From contig NW_021826994.1 in NCBI RefSeq assembly GCF_006345805.1, forward strand, positions 1 to 12,095: 12,095 nt of DNA, in the 5' to 3' direction. Below are positions 1 through 8,448 of the stretch, one piece after another (position 1 is the stretch's first letter; each line of letters begins with the position of its first letter). The DNA comes from Octopus sinensis. Its lineage: Eukaryota. The notes under the pieces were generated by a model. The model did not search any database and had not been told where the DNA came from. It worked only from the letters and a program-made list of their open reading frames with translations. A program made the translations under genes and the position numbers.

Positions 1-208
1 CCATAGGTTTCCAGAGCAACGTCGGGTATCCCTCTGTCCTTTTCCGAAGTAGAATTCACTGGACACAACTTCTGTTAATATTTTTTGTTTTGTTTTTTGT
101 TCTTACATTTTGTCCACCACTTTTGGAATGTTTGTCAATCTGTGGTAACAACTCATGATGTCCAATTGTACGTCTCTTATTGCGCCCGTCTCATTTGCAC
201 TACTTTAT

Positions 209-222
209 ACACACACAAACAC

Positions 223-293
<71 letters not shown>

Positions 294-302
294 CACAAAC
301 AC
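209..302. repeat. (CA)n microsatellite
   Basis: Long, nearly pure CA run seen directly. Confidence 0.97.
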
Positions 303-435
303 AGACCTATACTCACACACTCACATATATAAATATACATATATATAAGTTGACATCAATTAATGTCTAAAAGATGATGAACCACTATTGATCCCCTTCA
401 TTTTCTTACTGCTTTCTGTCTACTGTCTGTCTGTA

Positions 436-526
<91 letters not shown>

Positions 527-546
527 TATATATATATATATATATA
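436..546. repeat. Compound (TC)n-(AT)n microsatellite
   Basis: TC run to 460, then an interrupted AT run. Confidence 0.96.
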
Positions 547-576
547 GGTGTGTATATGGCCGGCTGGCCATATCGG

Positions 577-638
577 AGCAATCTCAAATTAATCAGCCGA
601 AATTGCTAAGATGATCTTGGTTCTTGACTGATGACTGA
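577..638 (+). ncRNA. Permuted hammerhead-like motif, copy 1 (stem I weakened to 4 bp by a 1-nt deletion)
   Basis: AGCAA-TC(582-583)-TCAA ... TCAGCC-GAAA(599-602)-TTGCT ... TCTTGA-CTGATGA(628-634)-CTGA. Confidence 0.35.
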
Positions 639-1345
639 GGGTCTTCGAATGTCCCGTCCTGTGGGTCTTGTGTCGTCTCTGTGGTGTTTCATGTTCTTGT
701 CCATGTCTGTAATTATTTTTACTGTTTACTATATAATCGGCGGCTACGTATCCACAATTGTCCTTATACGAATATTATTTTTTTTCTCTAGCATTGATAC
801 GACTCTTAATCTGTCTCTTTTTCTCTCTCTCTCTCCTCCCTTATTCCCCTTCCTTTCTTTCCCTCTCCATCCGTCTCCCCCCCTTCTACGTTCTCTATCT
901 CTCTCACCTCCAGCCCCCTCGATCTGTCTCTTTCTTCTCCTCTCTCGCCCACCTTCTCTCTCTTTTCATCTGTCCCTTTCTCCTGTCTTTTGTTCTCACG
1001 TGACCGCTAGCCGCTGTTGAGCGCTCTTTTCGTTTTCAGCAGTCGCAGAAGCAACACGTATTTGTTCGTCTCCCCGTGGCCATTAGGCACAACTTCACAA
1101 GCCAGCCCCATACTCAACTCGTCCTGTCGAAAGACCCTTGTCCTACGGCCTGTTTTGTTTTGTTGTTTATTTTTTATTTTTACCGTATTGTTTTACGTTT
1201 TTGTATTCTTATTGGTGTCACGTATTCTGTATTTTTGTTTGTGTACTTCGTTCGTTTTTCGTCCTCGCGTTGTATACATTCGAAGCTTCTTCCAGGGGAT
1301 CTAATCGCTTGGCTTAGATTTCCCTTGGCGGGCTGGCCATATCGG

Positions 1346-1407
1346 AGCAATCTCAAGATTAATCAGCCGAAATTGCTAAGATGATCTGGTTCTTGACTGA
1401 TGACTGA
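1346..1407 (+). ncRNA. Permuted hammerhead-like motif, copy 2 (intact stems I and III)
   Basis: Stem III: AGCAA-U 1346-1351 pairs with A-TTGCT 1372-1377. Cleavage triplet AUC, C17=1352. Stem I: TCAAGA 1353-1358 pairs with TCTTGA 1391-1396. CTGATGA 1397-1403; GAAA 1369-1372. Stem II is non-canonical. Confidence 0.5.
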
Positions 1408-1499
1408 GGGCTTCGAATGTCCCGTCCTGTGGTTCTTGTGTCGTCTCTGTGGTGTTTCATTGTTCTTGTCCTGTCCTGTAATTATTTTTACTGTTTACC

Positions 1500-1592
1500 T
1501 ATATATATATATATATATATATATGTATGCATACACATATATATATATATATATTATATATATATATATATATTATATATATATATGTATGC

Positions 1593-1675
<83 letters not shown>

Positions 1676-1676
1676 A
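1500..1676. repeat. (AT)n microsatellite
   Basis: Long interrupted AT run seen directly. Confidence 0.97.
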
Positions 1677-2052
1677 CTTACTGCACGTAAGCACACAGAT
1701 ATGTACGTATATATGCATACGCAAACACAGCTGACGGACATAGAGACAAGTGAACACGGTGACATAGAACAGAGAAAGACGGCGGAAAATTAAAAAAAGG
1801 AAAAAATATTGCAAGAGGCTGTTAAGAAAGGTGTTTAAAACTACATAAAAAACAAGCTGGATACAATTATTATACTCGAGGGATCGATGACAAATAAATA
1901 AAACCGTGTTGTATCGATAGGGGGAAATAATTCCTCTCTTCATCTGACACATTGTCCATATTAATTAGAGAATTAGAAAAACGAGATAACACGACTTAGT
2001 CTATTGCGTTTGTTATTCACATCGATGGTGTTATCGTCGTAATCATCGAAGT

Positions 2053-2220
2053 TCTTGTTGTTGCTGTTGCTGTTGTTTATGTTCTTGTTATCGTGACAGT
2101 TGTGGTCCTTGCTGTTCTAGTCATTATAGGTGTTGTTGTAGTTGTCGTTGAAGTTGTTACAATTGTTGTTTGACGCCATCTTTGTAGTTGTATTTTTGTT
2201 GCTTTTGCGGTATTTGTAGT
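2053..2220. repeat. Degenerate (GTT)n low-complexity tract
   Basis: Recurrent gtt/gct/gtc triplets. Confidence 0.75.
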
Positions 2221-2515
2221 CTTCTTCTTCCAATCAAGACTCACGCCATTAGCCGCAAAGAATAATCTCTAATTCGAGCCTACTCTAAGCTACTAAGAGT
2301 TGCGTGTGGCAACTTGAAGATCCACCCACCACACGCGATAGACTGGCGGTTGCACGGGCGCGAAAGCTACGTTGTTATCCTCATTCCGTAAACGGTGGCT
2401 TTTAACGGATGGAGAGCTGAACCATCCTCGGGTACAGAGGATTCGCAATCTAGACTAGGGTCTGAAAGTTTACCACACCATAGTGGGTTACACTATGGTT
2501 CCTCTGCTATGTGGC
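2221..2515 (-). mobile_element. Putative short non-autonomous retroelement with structured 5' end and (GAA)3 tail
   Basis: On the minus strand it begins where SINE similarity stops (2515), is GC-richer and hairpin-rich, and ends in gaagaagaag (2221-2230). No target-site duplication (TSD) found. Confidence 0.3.
2435..2515 (-). ncRNA. HDV-like pseudoknotted fold candidate (non-canonical P3/P1.1)
   Basis: P1 GCCACAU/GUGUGGU with G1.U wobble; J1/2 AG; P2 CAGAGGA/UCCUCUG; 7-bp hairpin in the P3 position; P4-like hairpin; J4/2 GCGAA abutting P2. Confidence 0.35.
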
Positions 2516-2705
2516 AGAAGTAGGAAAAATGAGAGATAAAGTTGTGATGAAAGAGTACAGCGGGGTTCACACCCCACCGCCGGAGCCCCGTGGAGCTTAG
2601 GTGTTTTTGCTCAATAAACACTCACAATCCCCTGTCCGGGAATCGAAACCGCGTTCTTACGACCGCGAGTCCGCTGCCCTAACCACTGGGCCATTGCACC
2701 TCCAC
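2516..2705 (-). mobile_element. tRNA-derived SINE, 3'-truncated (Octopus-type family)
   Basis: Minus strand GGAGGTGCAATGGCCCAGTGGTTAGG... has Pol III box A (2679-2693) and box B GGTTTCGATTCC (2639-2650). It has no acceptor stem and continues into a SINE-like body. Confidence 0.85.
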
Positions 2706-2841
2706 GTTGTTGTAGTTGTCTAGTACACGAGTGCTATTCTAAGCGGTGGTCCGAGGACCGTTGCCGTTTGGCGAGTTTCCAGAAAAGAAAAACACATTAT
2801 AAGATGCTTATAAGATGTTTATGTAATATTGTATTATTTGT

Positions 2842-2921
2842 AAGGCGGCGAGCTGGCACTAAAACCCTTTAAAGCCGTGCTCCAGAATGGCAGTCAAGGA
2901 ACGGAAAGAAGAAAGAGAATA
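2842..2921 (+). mobile_element. Internally deleted or chimeric SINE remnant
   Basis: Head AAGGCGGCGAGCTGGCA matches the head of the 3237-3936 SINE. The tail GTGCTCCAGAATGG-CAGTCAA...AAAGAGAATA resembles the tail of the 11395-11797 SINE. Confidence 0.55.
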
Positions 2922-2979
2922 AAAAATGTACATACTTATACATTTTGACAGAGTTTTGCTGAATGTTTAAGAAATCCAC

Positions 2980-3236
2980 CCTGAGGCCACGAAGTCGTGA
3001 GTTTGATCGAAACAAAAATTATTAACTATCTTACAAACAATAACTCTGAGCACCTTTTCAAACTCCACCTGTCTAAAACCCGTGGACATGTTTACAAAGT
3101 GGACATGTTTACAAAGAAAACAGCACAGCTCCCATGACTTTTGGAAACATTTTTTCACGCTAGGAGTTGCTGAAGCATGGAACAGACTGCCGGCATCAGG
3201 TGTTAGTTGTCGGAGCACTGCATCCTTCAAAACTTC
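2980..3236 (+). mobile_element. CR1-clade LINE ORF2 C-terminal fragment (degenerate)
   Basis: Translates as LIETKIINYLTNNNSEHLFKLHLSKTRGHVYK, then after a frameshift RKQHSSHDFWKHFFTLGVAEAWNRLPASGVSCRSTASFKTS. This matches the CR1/L2 C-terminal TRGH...FF..RV...WN.LP...SFK pattern. Confidence 0.88.
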
Positions 3237-3936
3237 AATTTGAACTTAGAGCGTTGCGGCAGAGGAAATACCTATTTCTTTACTACCCACAAGGGGCTAA
3301 ACACAGAGAGGACAAACAAGGACAGACAAACGGATTAAGTCGATTATATCGACCCCAGTGCGTAACTGGTACATAATTTATCGACCCCAGTGCGTAACTG
3401 GTACTTAATTTATCGACCCCGAAGGGATGAAAGGCAAAGTCGACCTCGGCAGAATTTGAACTTAGAGCGTTGTGGCAGAGGAAATACCTATTTCTTTACT
3501 ACCCACAAGGGGCTAAACACAAAGAGGACAAACAAGGACAGACAAACGGATTAAGTCGATTATATCGACCCCAGTGCGTAACTGGTACTTAATTTATCGA
3601 CTCCGAGGGATGAAAGGCAAAGTCGACCTCGGCGGAATTTGAACTTAGAGCGTTCCGGCAGAGGAAATACCTATTTCTTTACTACCCACAAGGGGCTAAA
3701 CACAGAGAGGACAAACAAGTATTGACAAACGGATTAAGTCGATTACATCGACACCAGTGCGTAACTGGTACATAATTTATCGACCCCAGTGCGTAAATGG
3801 TACGTAATTTATCGACCCCGAAGGGATGAAAGGCAAAGTCGACCTCGGCGGAATTTGAACCCAGAACGTAGCGGCAGACGAAATACCGCTAAGCATTTCG
3901 ACCGGCGTGCTAACGTTTCTGCCAGCTCACCGCCTT
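3237..3936 (-). mobile_element. tRNA-derived SINE with three head-to-tail tandem bodies
   Basis: One complete head at 3936 (AAGGCGGTGAGCTGGCAGAAACGTTAGC..., box B-like GGGTTCAAATTCC). Repeat units start at 3237, 3453 and 3636 (216, 183, 216 bp). Confidence 0.88.
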
Positions 3937-4321
3937 AACGCCATTATTAATAATAATGTTAAGTAAGGCGATAATACTTAGCTGATTGTTTGTACGGTAT
4001 CGAAACAATGCAGCGAAGCTGGTTAAGGTTATTTCCTGCGGGAATACAAATAACTTCACATGTTGTACAAATAGATTTTATTATTTTCGTAAATAAGTAT
4101 CAATGCAAAATCAATAACAAACGATCGATCAGTCAATAAAACTAAAGACACTCTTTGTCTTTCGCTCAGTTTTATTATTTTGTGTGTGTTTGTATGTATG
4201 CATTTATGCATGTGAATCTGTATGCATCTATGCATGTGTGCACCCTGTACGTACGTATGTAAGTATTTATATATACACGTGTGTGTGTGTATGTATGTGT
4301 GGCTGCATATGTAGATGAGCC

Positions 4322-5351
<1,030 letters not shown>

Positions 5352-5355
5352 GCAA

Positions 5356-5458
5356 GTGTGCGTGTGTGTGTGTGTGTGTGTGTTTGCGTGTGTGCGAGCC
5401 TGTGTTTGAGTGTGTCTGTGTATGTATGCTCGCGCGCGCGCGTGTGTGTGTGTGTGTG
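5356..5458. repeat. (TG)n tract including (CG)6(TG)8
   Basis: Seen directly; pure purine-pyrimidine alternation at 5431-5458. Confidence 0.93.
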
Positions 5459-5684
5459 AAATGTGTAAATGTGAATTGTATAGACAATACAAATACGAAG
5501 AGAAGTTTTCTGCAAAAAAGACAAAAGATCTGACATTCCGCGTCAGTTTCTCATTACATAATTGTGAATTTTAAGTTAAATATTTATGTTGCGTATATCC
5601 CTGTGCACCTTTTTTTCTAGCTGTGCATCTATATAGCTTTCTCACTCGTTATCCACTACCCTGTTTGCCTAACTGTCTGTCTAT

Positions 5685-5767
5685 TCATCCATCCATCCAT
5701 CCATCCATCCATCCACACACACACATACACACAAAACTAACTAACAATATATATATATATATATATA
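5685..5767. repeat. (TCCA)n/(CA)n/(AT)n compound microsatellite
   Basis: Seen directly. Confidence 0.85.
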
Positions 5768-5944
5768 ATTGCATCGTAGAGGGTGTTTATAAGCAATTTA
5801 AAAACACACACTAAATAACCGTTGGATTCACTTCAACATTCAAATTTCATTTGTGAAAATATTTTTGTGGCTTTGAAACCACGACTTGTTCACTGACAAA
5901 ATTCCGTGCTACATCTGAGAAAGTAAAAAAGTAACAGTTAGTTC

Positions 5945-6100
5945 AAGTCCGGCGTGAGAGATGTCATCGCAGAGTATACACGCAGCAAGTATAGATGGGC
6001 TGGACACGTCGCCCGGCTCACCGATACTCGGTGGACGCACGCAGCTGTCGAGTGGTACCCGCGTGACCGGAAAAGACCACCCGGAAGACCTCCACGACGA
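5945..6100 (+). mobile_element. RTE-clade LINE ORF C-terminal fragment
   Basis: Open frame KSGVRDVIAEYTRSKYRWAGHVARLTDTRWTHAAVEWYPRDRKRPPGRPPRR, with the RTE hallmark RWAGHVAR...RWT...EW.P...KR..GRP motif. Confidence 0.92.
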
Positions 6101-6312
6101 TTACGATTAAATATTTAAACCACCTGATGAATGACTGTAACTCGAAAATTTTAAGAATTGAACAGCCATGAAACGATCGTAGTGTTATATTAACTATCGT
6201 TTTTAATAATTTTGTTATATATTTAAATAATATAAATTAAATAATCTTATGTATTGGCTTAAGTTTTTCATTGTATGATTTGCCTAATAGTGGTTTTATC
6301 TCTAATTTAATA

Positions 6313-6314
6313 TA

Positions 6315-6345
<31 letters not shown>

Positions 6346-6490
6346 GTGCATACATACATATATATAAGTATGTGTGTGTGGGGGGGTGTATGTACTTATA
6401 AGTGTGTACAATTTTGCCTTGTGTAGCGTATGGATGTACATATGTGTGTGCGCTCGCGTGTGGGTGTATGTGTGCGTGTGTCTGTCTGTT
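6313..6490. repeat. (TA)n/(TG)n low-complexity microsatellite cluster
   Basis: Seen directly. Confidence 0.8.
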
Positions 6491-6884
6491 TGTGAAGCTG
6501 TAATGTTTGACAAGAATAGTGCCAACTCTGAATAGAAAACTTAGTCTTAAAAGCGATAAATTTATGCAAATAACAGCATTGACTCAGAGTCAATTGCTCC
6601 AAGAATACAATTGTTTCCCTTGTTCAATCTTATTAATTACGACAAACATAACGAAATTTGCATAATTTACGTGGAGGTTGGCGACCGGACATTACTATCG
6701 ACAGAAACAGTACAGTGTGGTTATTAATAAATTTGAATAGGAAGTGATCTTATGTGTTGTGTTTGAATCAAACTATTTGACTAAGACCCAAGAGATGGAA
6801 CTGCATCCACACACATACATACATACATTCATACGTACATACATACATACATAGCTGCATAAATAATTATCTCCTACTTATATA

Positions 6885-7222
6885 GGTAAATGCGAAGCTT
6901 GCTTCTCAACCACATGGTTCCGGGATCTGTCCCACTGCGTGGGCCCTCGTGATAGTGTCTTCTACTATAACCACGGCCCAACCAAAGCATTGTGAGTGGA
7001 TTTGGTGGACGGAAACTAAAAGAAGCTTGTCATATATATATAATATATATATATATATAATATGTGCGTGTATATGTTTTCTTTCACCCTCATTCGCTTG
7101 ATCATCGATGTTAGTATGTCCCCGTAACTTAGCGGTTCGGCAAACAATAATTCCTGGAGTTGATCTGTTCGACAAACGGCGGTGCCCAGCATGGCACACC
7201 CAAATGACCGAAAAAATAAAGG
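6885..7222 (+). mobile_element. Diverged CORE-type tRNA SINE (copy 1 in duplication)
   Basis: Aligns by eye to the reverse complement of the 11395-11797 SINE (CAACCACATGGTTCCGGG, TGTGAGTGGATTTGGT.GACGGAAACT, internal (AT)n, GGCGGTGC.CCAGCATGG tail). Confidence 0.85.
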
Positions 7223-7298
7223 TATAATATATATACATACTTACATATATATATAGATCATGGCATATGTAACTAAATATAAGTTAGTTTTTGAAATG

Positions 7299-7470
7299 TA
7301 GAACAAGCAAGAAGATATATTTTTTTTCAACACATAAATACTGAACAGATTATATAAAGGATAAAATCCTTTAAGAGCAGAAAAATTAGCTTTTAAAAAT
7401 GATTTTATCTTTTATATAAACTGTTCAGTATTTAGATGTTGAAAAAATATTTATCTTTCTGCTTGTTCTA
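7299..7470. mobile_element. Foldback/MITE-like element, 70-bp inverted arms, TA-flanked (copy 1)
   Basis: 7299-7368 versus the reverse complement of 7401-7470: 62/70 matches with no gaps. It begins and ends with TA. Confidence 0.7.
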
Positions 7471-7548
7471 TATATATACGTACATACATACATACATACA
7501 TACATACATACATACATACTGCATAAATAATTATCTCCTACTTATATA

Positions 7549-7888
7549 GGTAAATGCGAAGCTTGCTTCTCAACCACATGGTTCCGGGATCTGTCCCACT
7601 GCGTGGGCCCTCGTGATAGTGTCTTCTACTATAACCACGGCCCAACCAAAGCATTGTGAGTGGATTTGGTGGACGGAAACTAAAAGAAGCTTGTCATATA
7701 TATATTATATATATATATATATATATATGTGCGTGTATATGTTTTCTTTCACCCTCATTCGCTTGATCATCGATGTTAGTATGTCCCCGTAACTTAGCGG
7801 TTCGGCAAACAATAATTCCTGGAGTTGATCTGTTCGACAAACGGCGGTGCTCCAGCATGGCACACCCAAATGACCGAAAAAATAAAGG
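7549..7888 (+). mobile_element. Diverged CORE-type tRNA SINE (copy 2 in duplication)
   Basis: Duplicate of 6885-7222. Confidence 0.85.
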
Positions 7889-7964
7889 TATAATATATAT
7901 ACATACTTACATATATATATAGATCATGGCATATGTAACTAAATATAAGTTAGTTTTTGAAATG

Positions 7965-8137
7965 TAGAACAAGCAAGAAGATATATTTTTTTTCAACACA
8001 TAAATACTGAACAGATTATATAAAGGATAAAATCCTTTTAAGAGCAGAAAAATTAGCTTTTAAAAATGATTTTATCTTTTATATAAACTGTTCAGTATTT
8101 AGATGTTGAAAAAATATTTATCTTTCTGCTTGTTCTA
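7965..8137. mobile_element. Foldback/MITE-like element (copy 2)
   Basis: Duplicate of 7299-7470 with one extra T. Confidence 0.7.
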
Positions 8138-8199
8138 TATATATACGTACATACATACATACATACATACATACATACATACATACGTACATACATACA

Positions 8200-8235
<36 letters not shown>

Positions 8236-8246
8236 ATATATATATA

Positions 8247-8287
<41 letters not shown>

Positions 8288-8307
8288 GTGTGTGTGTGTG
8301 TGTGTAT
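8138..8307. repeat. (TACA)n/(TA)n/(TG)n compound microsatellite
   Basis: Seen directly. Confidence 0.93.
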
Positions 8308-8382
8308 AATAGTATTAATTAATATTTGGAGATGGATTTTGTATTAGACTTTATTTAGGTACGACATACGTTTCCACTCATT

Positions 8383-8448
8383 TGTGTGTTTGTGAAATCA
8401 TTTTAGCAAACTCATTTTAGTCTGCTAAAATGAATTCACAAACACACA
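8383..8448. repeat. 66-nt near-perfect inverted repeat
   Basis: 26-bp arms (8383-8408, 8423-8448) with one mismatch and a 14-nt loop. Confidence 0.9.

Larger units (their letters stand above)
557..1505 (+). mobile_element. Non-autonomous element with ~180-bp terminal direct repeats (Penelope pseudo-LTR-like or retrozyme-like); unit period ~769 bp
   Basis: 557-735 and 1326-1505 are direct repeats differing by a few substitutions/indels. The interior is pyrimidine/T-rich and non-coding. The element is flanked by (TA)n tracts on both sides, and each repeat carries a hammerhead-like motif. The class assignment is inference. Confidence 0.65.
6833..8145. repeat. Near-identical tandem duplication, period ~664-667 bp
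   Basis: CTGCATAAATAATT at 6855 and 7519. The copies differ only by small indels and microsatellite variation, and the boundaries lie in (TACA)n tracts. Confidence 0.95.

Noticed and set aside
1-208. Minus-strand peptide vaguely resembling an RT segment (..IPKVVDKM*EQKTKQKILTEVVSSEFYFGKGQRD..) and a possible 35-nt GT-AG intron
   Set aside because: The spacing does not fit the RT motifs, there is an in-frame stop and no polypyrimidine tract, and the window edge prevents confirmation.
628-660. Standard type I hammerhead CTGATGA...CGAA downstream
   Set aside because: The downstream motif is GAAT, not GAAA, with no stem II or III. Only the upstream permuted pairing fits.
2237-2362. Second HDV-like fit on the minus strand (CGCCA...GCUAA-UGGCG)
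   Set aside because: P2 is only 5 bp, P1 and P3 do not pair properly, and there is a competing 8-bp helix.
2266-2390. Plus-strand translation YSKLLRVA..KIHP / RARKLR faintly RTE-like
   Set aside because: Too weak, it needs frameshifts, and the diagnostic AGH motif is absent.
2630-2705. tRNA gene
   Set aside because: Boxes A and B are present but there is no acceptor stem; it is a SINE head. The same applies to the heads at 3936 and 11797.
6578-6594. Palindrome ATTGACTC-A-GAGTCAAT containing an AP-1-like TGACTCA
   Set aside because: An 8-bp-arm palindrome is near chance expectation in 12 kb, and there is no promoter context.
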